Below, in pieces: positions 14,401 to 26,858 of a stretch of 64,000 nucleotides of DNA. The stretch comes from the human T2T-CHM13v2.0 reference genome, Homo sapiens, in NCBI RefSeq assembly GCF_009914755.1, contig NC_060929.1; one strand, written 5' to 3'. A model generated the notes under the pieces. That model was not told the origin of the DNA. It worked only from the letters and a program-made list of their open reading frames with translations, and ran no database searches. The stretch's first letter is position 1. Each line of letters opens with the position of its first letter. A program made the position numbers and the translations under genes.

Positions 14401-15780
14401 AAAAGCTAGATATTGTTTCTTCTATACATAGAAGGAAATAGCTTCTTGCAACAGGAACAATTCAGGAGAAAACAGTTGTTTTCTCCCCTTTAGATGATAG
14501 GTTGGGAAGCAGGGTTGGCTCCGTCATAATGATTTCTCCTAAACACTTCTCAGGTTTGGCCTATGCATGTGTGTTATAGATTGGGGATAGTTTGAAAACT
14601 CATTCTGTAGTATTATTCCTATGGGCAGGGTGGTGAGTAGTGTGTAAATTCTTTGTCTTCTTTATGGGTCAGTATATCCACAGGCACATTTTCATACTGC
14701 TTTGTCACTGAAAGTAAGGCAGCTGCAGTGGCAGGACCCTGTTCTAGGACAGTTGAATGCCTCTATGATGAGACCTCAGAATTTCCTCTTTCCTAGTGCC
14801 CAAGACAAGGAGCTTTGCTGATGTATTTCTGATAGCAGAAAAGGCCATTGAGCTTAGTGGTTGGTACCATATGGCAATTTACAATCTGGGAAATATTCTG
14901 ATGATACATACTTTTCGAAGAATGCTAGTTAGAATATTTAGATAGGACTCCTGAACTTTCTTTGAGAAGATGTTGATGACAAGAACTAAAATCAGCCTAA
15001 TCTGGGTCACATCCCAGGAAGGATAAAGGTCTATAGGTGTGGAAGGCTCTTTCTGGTCCTTTCAGTGAGCTATTTCCAATAGAGCCCGCCTATCCAGAGC
15101 TTCCCACTCTTGTGCATAGGATGTGGTTAAGCTCATGTCTCAGTGCCACAGTAGGTAGAGGATGCCATTGCAATGTAAAAGGGCTATAAATAAAGCTCTC
15201 TTGTTTTTCCATAAAACAGTCTGCTCTAGAACAGATTATAAAGGGGCCAGAAGGAATCTCTTCTCATTTTCTTATTGAATAGAGAGTGTATAAATTATTC
15301 CCTTACATAAAGGACAATTACTTTTTCTATATAGATCATATATAGAAATAGAGCTATAGAAAAAGTAATTAATTCTATATGATATGGCCTCAATTTTTAA
15401 TTTTTAAATTGTTTTTATATGAAATAGTCTTAATTTTACTCTTTTTGCAGTTCACACAAAGATGAATTCCTGCACTTCAAGATTACATTGTATATGTGAT
15501 TCCTTGCTTCATTTTAAGGACTATGTTGTTTTCTTAAATGTGTTGATGAGTCTTTATAACCTGTTTTAATAATGTTAAATTGAATTCATTTTTCTTATTG
15601 TTAATACAAAAACAGTAAATTTGAAGACTGAGAACCATATAAGAGGGTGATTGCACTTATTATGAAAAGATTTGAATCCTTCTTTGTGTGTGTGGGTGTG
15701 ACCAGCCTTGCTATCAATTTCTTCTGTCATACACTGCCAAATTTTCTATTTAAGTATTGTGAAAACTCTGTTTTTTTCAG

Positions 15781-18700
15781 GTCGAATGAGTGATTTGAGT
15801 GTAATTGGTCATCCAATAGATTCAGAATCTAAAGAAGATGAACCTTGTAGTGAAGAAACAGATCCAGTGCATGATCTAATGGCTGAAATTTTACCTGAAT
15901 TCCCTGACATAATTGAAATAGACCTATACCACAGTGAAGAAAATGAAGAAGAAGAAGAAGAGTGTGCAAATGCTACTGATGTGACAACCACCCCATCTGT
16001 GCAGTACATAAATGGGAAGCATCTCGTTACCACTGTGCCCAAGGACCCAGAAGCTGCAGAAGCTAGGCGTGGCCAGTTTGAAAGTGTTGCACCTTCTCAA
16101 AATTTCTCGGACAGCTCTGAAAGTGATACTCATCCATTTGTAATAGCCAAAACGGAATTGTCTACTGCTGTGCAACCTAATGAATCTACAGAAACAACTG
16201 AGTCTCTTGAAGTTACATGGAAGCCTGAGACTTACCCTGAAACATCAGAACATTTTTCAGGTGGTGAGCCTGATGTTTTCCCCACAGTCCCATTCCATGA
16301 GGAATTTGAAAGTGGAACAGCCAAAAAAGGGGCAGAATCAGTCACAGAGAGAGATACTGAAGTTGGTCATCAGGCACATGAACATACTGAACCTGTATCT
16401 CTGTTTCCTGAAGAGTCTTCAGGAGAGATTGCCATTGACCAAGAATCTCAGAAAATAGCCTTTGCAAGGGCTACAGAAGTAACATTTGGTGAAGAGGTAG
16501 AAAAAAGTACTTCTGTCACATACACTCCCACTATAGTTCCAAGTTCTGCATCAGCATATGTTTCAGAGGAAGAAGCAGTTACCCTAATAGGAAATCCTTG
16601 GCCAGATGACCTGTTGTCTACCAAAGAAAGCTGGGTAGAAGCAACTCCTAGACAAGTTGTAGAGCTCTCAGGGAGTTCTTCGATTCCAATTACAGAAGGC
16701 TCTGGAGAAGCAGAAGAAGATGAAGATACAATGTTCACCATGGTAACTGATTTATCACAGAGAAATACTACTGATACACTCATTACTTTAGACACTAGCA
16801 GGATAATCACAGAAAGCTTTTTTGAGGTTCCTGCAACCACCATTTATCCAGTTTCTGAACAACCTTCTGCAAAAGTGGTGCCTACCAAGTTTGTAAGTGA
16901 AACAGACACTTCTGAGTGGATTTCCAGTACCACTGTTGAGGAAAAGAAAAGGAAGGAGGAGGAGGGAACTACAGGTACGGCTTCTACATTTGAGGTATAT
17001 TCATCTACACAGAGATCGGATCAATTAATTTTACCCTTTGAATTAGAAAGTCCAAATGTAGCTACATCTAGTGATTCAGGTACCAGGAAAAGTTTTATGT
17101 CCTTGACAACACCAACACAGTCTGAAAGGGAAATGACAGATTCTACTCCTGTCTTTACAGAAACAAATACATTAGAAAATTTGGGGGCACAGACCACTGA
17201 GCACAGCAGTATCCATCAACCTGGGGTTCAGGAAGGGCTGACCACTCTCCCACGTAGTCCTGCCTCTGTCTTTATGGAGCAGGGCTCTGGAGAAGCTGCT
17301 GCCGACCCAGAAACCACCACTGTTTCTTCATTTTCATTAAACGTAGAGTATGCAATTCAAGCCGAAAAGGAAGTAGCTGGCACTTTGTCTCCGCATGTGG
17401 AAACTACATTCTCCACTGAGCCAACAGGACTGGTTTTGAGTACAGTAATGGACAGAGTAGTTGCTGAAAATATAACCCAAACATCCAGGGAAATAGTGAT
17501 TTCAGAGCGATTAGGAGAACCAAATTATGGGGCAGAAATAAGGGGCTTTTCCACAGGTTTTCCTTTGGAGGAAGATTTCAGTGGTGACTTTAGAGAATAC
17601 TCAACAGTGTCTCATCCCATAGCAAAAGAAGAAACGGTAATGATGGAAGGCTCTGGAGATGCAGCATTTAGGGACACCCAGACTTCACCATCTACAGTAC
17701 CTACTTCAGTTCACATCAGTCACATATCTGACTCAGAAGGACCCAGTAGCACCATGGTCAGCACTTCAGCCTTCCCCTGGGAAGAGTTTACATCCTCAGC
17801 TGAGGGCTCAGGTGAGCAACTGGTCACAGTCAGCAGCTCTGTTGTTCCAGTGCTTCCCAGTGCTGTGCAAAAGTTTTCTGGTACAGCTTCCTCCATTATC
17901 GACGAAGGATTGGGAGAAGTGGGTACTGTCAATGAAATTGATAGAAGATCCACCATTTTACCAACAGCAGAAGTGGAAGGTACGAAAGCTCCAGTAGAGA
18001 AGGAGGAAGTAAAGGTCAGTGGCACAGTTTCAACAAACTTTCCCCAAACTATAGAGCCAGCCAAATTATGGTCTAGGCAAGAAGTCAACCCTGTAAGACA
18101 AGAAATTGAAAGTGAAACAACATCAGAGGAACAAATTCAAGAAGAAAAGTCATTTGAATCCCCTCAAAACTCTCCTGCAACAGAACAAACAATCTTTGAT
18201 TCACAGACATTTACTGAAACTGAACTCAAAACCACAGATTATTCTGTACTAACAACAAAGAAAACTTACAGTGATGATAAAGAAATGAAGGAGGAAGACA
18301 CTTCTTTAGTTAACATGTCTACTCCAGATCCAGATGCAAATGGCTTGGAATCTTACACAACTCTCCCTGAAGCTACTGAAAAGTCACATTTTTTCTTAGC
18401 TACTGCATTAGTAACTGAATCTATACCAGCTGAACATGTAGTCACAGATTCACCAATCAAAAAGGAAGAAAGTACAAAACATTTTCCGAAAGGCATGAGA
18501 CCAACAATTCAAGAGTCAGATACTGAGCTCTTATTCTCTGGACTGGGATCAGGAGAAGAAGTTTTACCTACTCTACCAACAGAGTCAGTGAATTTTACTG
18601 AAGTGGAACAAATCAATAACACATTATATCCCCACACTTCTCAAGTGGAAAGTACCTCAAGTGACAAAATTGAAGACTTTAACAGAATGGAAAATGTGGC

Positions 18701-21042
18701 AAAAGAAGTTGGACCACTCGTATCTCAAACAGACATCTTTGAAGGTAGTGGGTCAGTAACCAGCACAACATTAATAGAAATTTTAAGTGACACTGGAGCA
18801 GAAGGACCCACGGTGGCACCTCTCCCTTTCTCCACGGACATCGGACATCCTCAAAATCAGACTGTCAGGTGGGCAGAAGAAATCCAGACTAGTAGACCAC
18901 AAACCATAACTGAACAAGACTCTAACAAGAATTCTTCAACAGCAGAAATTAACGAAACAACAACCTCATCTACTGATTTTCTGGCTAGAGCTTATGGTTT
19001 TGAAATGGCCAAAGAATTTGTTACATCAGCACCAAAACCATCTGACTTGTATTATGAACCTTCTGGAGAAGGATCTGGAGAAGTGGATATTGTTGATTCA
19101 TTTCACACTTCTGCAACTACTCAGGCAACCAGACAAGAAAGCAGCACCACATTTGTTTCTGATGGGTCCCTGGAAAAACATCCTGAGGTGCCAAGCGCTA
19201 AAGCTGTTACTGCTGATGGATTCCCAACAGTTTCAGTGATGCTGCCTCTTCATTCAGAGCAGAACAAAAGCTCCCCTGATCCAACTAGCACACTGTCAAA
19301 TACAGTGTCATATGAGAGGTCCACAGACGGTAGTTTCCAAGACCGTTTCAGGGAATTCGAGGATTCCACCTTAAAACCTAACAGAAAAAAACCCACTGAA
19401 AATATTATCATAGACCTGGACAAAGAGGACAAGGATTTAATATTGACAATTACAGAGAGTACCATCCTTGAAATTCTACCTGAGCTGACATCGGATAAAA
19501 ATACTATCATAGATATTGATCATACTAAACCTGTGTATGAAGACATTCTTGGAATGCAAACAGATATAGATACAGAGGTACCATCAGAACCACATGACAG
19601 TAATGATGAAAGTAATGATGACAGCACTCAAGTTCAAGAGATCTATGAGGCAGCTGTCAACCTTTCTTTAACTGAGGAAACATTTGAGGGCTCTGCTGAT
19701 GTTCTGGCTAGCTACACTCAGGCAACACATGATGAATCAATGACTTATGAAGATAGAAGCCAACTAGATCACATGGGCTTTCACTTCACAACTGGGATCC
19801 CTGCTCCTAGCACAGAAACAGAATTAGACGTTTTACTTCCCACGGCAACATCCCTGCCAATTCCTCGTAAGTCTGCCACAGTTATTCCAGAGATTGAAGG
19901 AATAAAAGCTGAAGCAAAAGCCCTGGATGACATGTTTGAATCAAGCACTTTGTCTGATGGTCAAGCTATTGCAGACCAAAGTGAAATAATACCAACATTG
20001 GGCCAATTTGAAAGGACTCAGGAGGAGTATGAAGACAAAAAACATGCTGGTCCTTCTTTTCAGCCAGAATTCTCTTCAGGAGCTGAGGAGGCATTAGTAG
20101 ACCATACTCCCTATCTAAGTATTGCTACTACCCACCTTATGGATCAGAGTGTAACAGAGGTGCCTGATGTGATGGAAGGATCCAATCCCCCATATTACAC
20201 TGATACAACATTAGCAGTTTCAACATTTGCGAAGTTGTCTTCTCAGACACCATCATCTCCCCTCACTATCTACTCAGGCAGTGAAGCCTCTGGACACACA
20301 GAGATCCCCCAGCCCAGTGCTCTGCCAGGAATAGACGTCGGCTCATCTGTAATGTCCCCACAGGATTCTTTTAAGGAAATTCATGTAAATATTGAAGCGA
20401 CTTTCAAACCATCAAGTGAGGAATACCTTCACATAACTGAGCCTCCCTCTTTATCTCCTGACACAAAATTAGAACCTTCAGAAGATGATGGTAAACCTGA
20501 GTTATTAGAAGAAATGGAAGCTTCTCCCACAGAACTTATTGCTGTGGAAGGAACTGAGATTCTCCAAGATTTCCAAAACAAAACCGATGGTCAAGTTTCT
20601 GGAGAAGCAATCAAGATGTTTCCCACCATTAAAACACCTGAGGCTGGAACTGTTATTACAACTGCCGATGAAATTGAATTAGAAGGTGCTACACAGTGGC
20701 CACACTCTACTTCTGCTTCTGCCACCTATGGGGTCGAGGCAGGTGTGGTGCCTTGGCTAAGTCCACAGACTTCTGAGAGGCCCACGCTTTCTTCTTCTCC
20801 AGAAATAAACCCTGAAACTCAAGCAGCTTTAATCAGAGGGCAGGATTCCACGATAGCAGCATCAGAACAGCAAGTGGCAGCGAGAATTCTTGATTCCAAT
20901 GATCAGGCAACAGTAAACCCTGTGGAATTTAATACTGAGGTTGCAACACCACCATTTTCCCTTCTGGAGACTTCTAATGAAACAGATTTCCTGATTGGCA
21001 TTAATGAAGAGTCAGTGGAAGGCACGGCAATCTATTTACCAG
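15781..21042 (+). CDS. VCAN: Versican exon 8 (GAG-beta domain), 5262 bp = 1754 codons
   Basis: Acceptor TTTTTTTCAG|GTCGAATG; donor CCAG|GTAAGA; contains DPEAAE-ARRGQ and many EGSG motifs; phase 1-1. Confidence 0.98.
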
Positions 21043-21754
21043 GTAAGATCACAACATTGATAAATCTGTTTCCAAACCTGGAAACAGTCCCTTGGTGCTA
21101 ACGTTTATATGTATGTAATTTTTATTGTGATGTTAAATCAATGGAGAGTTTCATATTATTCACATAACAGCAGGCCAGGCCACAGTATTGAGTTCATAAT
21201 GAGATGAAATGACAGTAAGTATAGATTAGTTTTGGACTTTAGAAGTAGACTTTGTATTTTTCTGGGTTTTAGAAATAATATACAATTACAACATGGAAAA
21301 GATGAAATTATTAATGTTATAAAAATTCAATTTGTTTTTACTCACAACTAGAGTATTGCTTTGTCATATGTCTCATAGTTATACATGTTAGGTTTAAAAG
21401 TAGAAAAAAAGTCCTATTTTTAAAAACCCTCCCATTGATGGATGCTATTGCTGTAGTATCAAAATCTGTCAGGCCTTTAACATTTGAGAGTAGTACGTAG
21501 CTCTAATAATTATTTCAGAGTTTGTGCAGTATCAATATCAGCTCATACTTATATGCAATGTCCTTGTTTAAGACAGTCTACATAATGCATCAAACACAGT
21601 GCCTACCAGTAGTGAGTAGTCATTTATTATATAAACATACTGCCTGTTGAGAGAAGTTTTCTGTGTATTTACTGAATGTATGGAAAGCATGAATTTGATA
21701 CTGATTCATATAAGCCATCTCTTCTGATTGCCACGAAAAGGCTATAAAAGCCCT

Positions 21755-21885
21755 GTGTGAAAGGGTAAGAGGTGAAGGTTCAGAGAGGTTCAGCAACTTG
21801 CCCAAGGTGGCACAGCCACATTGTGGTAAAAGTAGGATTTGAACCCAGCTTAGCTCCACTCTAAAGTCCATAGTCTTTTCACTGC
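21755..21885 (-). mobile_element. MIR SINE fragment
   Basis: Core GGTTCAGAGAGGTT..CAACTTGCCCAAGGTGGCACAGC...GGATTTGAACCCAG. Confidence 0.75.
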
Positions 21886-24310
21886 TCTTTGCTGGTTTCA
21901 GTATAGTATAAAAATAAACAATTGATATTGAATAATATATGAACCAGGAATCTTGGAATATTTACTTTGTAGAATTTATTTTCCTCTTAATCTAGCCTGA
22001 GAATGTTAAGAAATCAGCTCTAATGGTGTTTTCCCATAATGTTATTATTTAAATTAACAATGTCAGTGGAATCCACAAATAGACATCACCACCTAGCTGC
22101 TACCTGCAAAAAGAGGAAGAAAAATCAGTACTTTAATGTCTGTCTTGGTTGAGAATATATGTTTTATTTTAATATGTTTTATGCCGTGACTATCGTTAAA
22201 ATTATTCTTCTGATCATATCAATATTACCTTTTGTGCCACCAATGCTTTATTTTGATGTGCTTCAGAAAGAGTAAAATAGAAAGTACAATTTTTAATAAA
22301 TGGCTTGAAATATTTTGAGGAAAATTGATCAAAGGTAGTTGACATTGGGTTTTTTGTTATCACTGTGTGTTAAATCTGTAAATGATAATCTAGTAATTTG
22401 GCTAATATTTATTGTTTTTTAATTTAGTTTAATATACTTCAGTTTGTTAAAAATATGATGTAAAAATAACTGGTAATAACTAGGTACATATAGAGTTAAG
22501 TTTGATGAATGAGAAATATGTACCAATTATCCAGTTTACAATATTTACCAAGATTTATAGTTTGCGTCTTCATTGCAAAACAAATGGTCACTTTAGCTTA
22601 ATTCAGTAAACAGCAGCTCATATGGGATTACCTGGTCTATCTGTTGCAGATTCAACTTTCAGAGGTTAATACGAACTGTTTAGGGGAGAATAACATTCAT
22701 AAAAACTGAAGTTTCCTGTTAATTGGAACGACTTCCAGTTCACAGGAAGACTCACTCACTCAGTCCTTGTTTCATGGTCTCAGCATGGTGTCTAGTGTCA
22801 GTGGTAGGAATAGTAATAGTACTTCTTCACATTTGTGTGGCACATCACAGTCTGATAAAGCACTTTCACCTAGTGTCATTTGGATTCAGCACAGAGGGCA
22901 GCATGTGGCTATGGCGTGTGTTAACTGCAGCCTTGTCATCCTGGCAGCGAGCGTACTTGTACTTTAAAATTCAGAAAGCTAAAATTGTTAGGGAGATTTC
23001 AAATAGTTTTGGAACTATAGGAAAAAGTGTCTTAGAAAACTCGGGGGAGTTTTTGGAGAAGTTGATGTACTCATCTGAATTAACCTAATTTTAACGTGAA
23101 TCCCAAACATGGGAATGTGTACCTATCCAGGTTTATAGTCATTCAGAATTTACTTAACACTCAGAAAGTTTGAGTTTGACTTTCTGGTGTGGGGAAGTCT
23201 CAGTTATCTTTTACAGCAGTACCTTGTTTATCCTGATATTCTTTAAGCTAATGTTTCATAAGAAGTTAGACATCTTTCTTCTTTCATGTGTAATTATTTC
23301 AGGGTTTCAGGACTTAAGATTCTTGAAAGTATGGGTGTATTCCATAGATAATCTATTTTATTTCAATTATTTTGTAAAACTTTCAACTCTCATTTGGATC
23401 TTTGAAGATTTAGAAATGTAAGCAAGTCTGAAACAATATACAAAGAATAAGTATAAACTCAATGAAAATACACTTATCCAAGCAATATTGCAATATAAAA
23501 TATATGCTTCAAGTGGTGTAAAAGTGTTTGCACTTAGAAAATATATTTAAACTGTTTGTCCTCATAAATTTATGTCTTCGGCCTTCACATTTATCTCCCA
23601 GGAGTGTCGGTTTTATTTGTATTTTAATAAGAAAATTATAATAAAAACTTGGGGTTTCATTTTAGGTGAGGTTTTTGTATTTGGGTTTGTTTTTCTACAG
23701 TAGAGTTTAATCCATGTGTTGCTTTTCTTCAAGTATAGTTTAAAGGAGTACATTTGGAACGTGTTTTTGGAAAAAGCATGTTAATGTAGCAGAAGAGACT
23801 TCAGTGCACACTTTCGAAGAAAAACAGTTTCTGAGCATTAAGTGGTAAAAGGCAATAATAATTCAAATGATGATAACAAGCCAACCTGCTAAAAAGAATG
23901 CATGTTCTGTGTATCCAGCCATTTCACATGAACTAACCCCATTTAAAAGAATACATTTTCCATTCACTGTGCACATATGTGTAATCATTTTTGACTAAAA
24001 TCAATTGCCATTATCATGCCAACTAAATCTGCAGTAGAATATATTAGTTGCCAGATACAGTACAAAAAATATCATTTAAGAGTAATCGTGATTGAATCCC
24101 AGAAATGAATAGATGCAATTTGTAACAATTAGTTATAATGCCAAGAAACACTCCAGAGAGTAAAGTTAATGTTAATTTTTATATGTAGTAACTCTAAATT
24201 GCTATGGTAAAGCCTATAATATGGTAGCAATATGGGGCGTTTTATGCTAAAATACACGCAAACATTAGAGACGAGCCTAACTGCTTTTCTTACTTTCCTG
24301 AATATGGTAG

Positions 24311-24424
24311 GACCTGATCGCTGCAAAATGAACCCGTGCCTTAACGGAGGCACCTGTTATCCTACTGAAACTTCCTACGTATGCACCTGTGTGCCAGGAT
24401 ACAGCGGAGACCAGTGTGAACTTG
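24311..24424 (+). CDS. VCAN: Versican exon 9 (EGF-like 1)
   Basis: TAG|GACCTGAT to CTTG|GTAAGA; [17 protein letters not shown]...CEL six-Cys EGF pattern; 114 bp; branch-point-like CCTAAC at 24276-24281. Confidence 0.97.
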
Positions 24425-25248
24425 GTAAGACGGTACTTGGCTGAAAAGGTGCAGTTCTTTCACAGAAGATATATTGGGGGAGAATTTATGTTGTCGAATC
24501 AATCAGAGATTTCAAAGAAACCCATATGAAGATTAATTATATGTTAAATGAAGTTAAAATCTGAGGGTAATTAACTAGGGGCTGGAAAATGGGTACAGAT
24601 ATTCAGTGAATTCTGTTAACGTAACCAAGACTCAGTGAGGCCTGCTGAGTCTTCTTGTGTTTTTTACAGGTAGAATTTACAAATGTAAAAATGCATAAAT
24701 ATTAACAAAAATGTACATTTATCCCCCAAATCTGCATATAAATAAAAATCAATTTCAGTATAAAAATCTTTTTAGAAAGCTAGACTTAAAAATTAGGAAA
24801 ATAATAAAAGTTAGAGAGCTTTGTCCTTAGTTTTGGGATAATTTTTCTTCTCATTTGGAATGGGAAAGACCCTTCCCTGACTCCCAGCAACCAGCCCAAC
24901 GTGCCTCGGCCTCAGGGAGCTGTGCAATTGCTGTTCCCTGCCTCTCTTTTGGTTCCAAGGAATATAATTGACCCTCACACTCCCATATTCTTATTTAGGC
25001 ATCCTTCTCTTTAAAGAAAAAAAAAAAGGCACCAGTGTTGATTTGGCTACATATAGACCTCACTTCTGAGAAAAGAATGATGAAATATGTTGTCCAGATG
25101 TCCCTTTTAGAGATATCATGAAGGTTTGCTTAATTTGCTTACAATGATTGAGTAAAGAAAGCTCACCAATAGCACTTTAAATTATACATCAATATTGCGA
25201 TACAATCCCAACATTCATATTAAAAGAGTACTTAAAAAAAGTCAACGA

Positions 25249-25504
<256 letters not shown>

Positions 25505-26015
25505 TCTGGCACTCAGCAAGCACCATAAACATGTTTGGTATTATTACTATATAATATCATGTTTACTAAGACCATTTCTTTAGGTAAGAATACATTATAT
25601 GACTAAGAAATTTAACTTGCTTTGTATATTCATTTAAAAATATTCTTAAACATTAAATTTTTAGTGTAATTGCAAAATGCTATGGAAATAAAGTCACTAA
25701 TTTCATCAGGGGAGATCATATGTAGAAAGATTAGAATCTGTGTAGAAAGATTTTATTTGACATAGATTTTAAAGTTGGGAAGATTTGACAGGTGGTGGAG
25801 GGAGATATGGACACAACAAACAAAAGCACAGAGGCCAAAAACTACAGAAGGCATTTGAATGACAGCCTCGATCCAGGTATGCCTACTTAGGGGTTTGGGA
25901 GAGGGAGACGTATTGGGAGACAGTACCAGAAGGCAGGTTGGGTCTAGAAAGCCCTGACAGTCTAAGAAGGTCCTGAGTTCAGGATACTGAATAGTGTTAC
26001 TTCACACTCTAGTCA

Positions 26016-26190
26016 AGTGATTCTGAGACCTTAGCATGCATCAGAGGGCTGGTAAAACAGATTGTTGTCTCCACCTCAAAGTATGTGATTCAGTAGATTT
26101 GGGGTGGAATTGGAATTGTGGATTTTTAACATTCTTAGGTGATGCTGATGTTGTTTGTGGTCCAGGGAGCTCACGTTGAAGACTGCTGCC
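26016..26190. mobile_element. MER5A-like hAT-Charlie MITE
   Basis: GCATCAGA...AAAACAGATTG...GATTCAGTAG...TTTAACA...AGGTGATGCTGATG...GGTCCAGGGA. Confidence 0.7.
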
Positions 26191-26485
26191 CTGGGCAATT
26201 GGGATCCATGGAATGTTTGGAAGTAAAAGAATAAAATTATCATGACTGTGTCTAAAAAAGATGACATTTAGCAGAGTGATGGATATATTGGAGAGGAAAG
26301 GGCCTAGGGATGGTGAGGCCAGTTAGATACTTTGAGTAGTCCATGTGTGAGGTAATCAGAGAATGAGCCATGATTGGAGGTGGGAAGGCTGGGGCTGTTG
26401 ATTCTTCATTCGTTTTAGGGCTTATCTGATTCATTTATCAGCAATGGAGACAATGGCCCTACTCTGAATACCTTTGACATTTTCT

Positions 26486-26679
26486 TAGGGTTGCCAAATT
26501 TAGGAAATAACAATTCAGGATGGCCACTTATATTTGAGTTTCAAGTAAAAACGAAATAACTTTGTAGTATAGGTTTGCCCTAAATATGGCACGGACATAC
26601 TTATGCTAACAAATTATACTTTTTTTAAAATCTGAAATTCAAATTTAACTGGCTGTCTTGTATGTTATCTTGCAACCTC
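26486..26679. mobile_element. MER53 palindromic hAT MITE
   Basis: Ends TAGGGTTGCCA and TGCAACCTCA; internal TCTGAAATTCAAATTTAACTGG and GGACATACTTATGCTAA. Confidence 0.8.
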
Positions 26680-26744
26680 ACACTAAATGGAATTCTTTGA
26701 TACTTTTTGAAAGTATTTTGTGAGCTTTTACTATTTTGTTTCAG

Positions 26745-26858
26745 ATTTTGATGAATGTCACTCTAATCCCTGTCGTAATGGAGCCACTTGTGTTGATGGT
26801 TTTAACACATTCAGGTGCCTCTGCCTTCCAAGTTATGTTGGTGCACTTTGTGAGCAAG
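26745..26858 (+). CDS. VCAN: Versican exon 10 (calcium-binding EGF-like 2)
   Basis: TTTCAG|ATTTTGAT to CAAG|GTAAGA; [27 protein letters not shown]; 114 bp. Confidence 0.97.

Noticed and set aside
15708-15780. N-terminal extension of the 1797-aa ORF
   Set aside because: Intronic sequence with a TTG start upstream of the splice acceptor; an ORF-caller artefact
16448-19510. Antisense and alternate-frame ORFs within exon 8
   Set aside because: Expected shadows of a long compositionally biased coding frame; no recognisable protein features
24627-24653. Small hairpin AAGACTCAG...CTGAGTCTT (also AGAGGATG...CATCCTCT at 13670-13689)
   Set aside because: Arms of 8-9 bp are expected by chance at this window size
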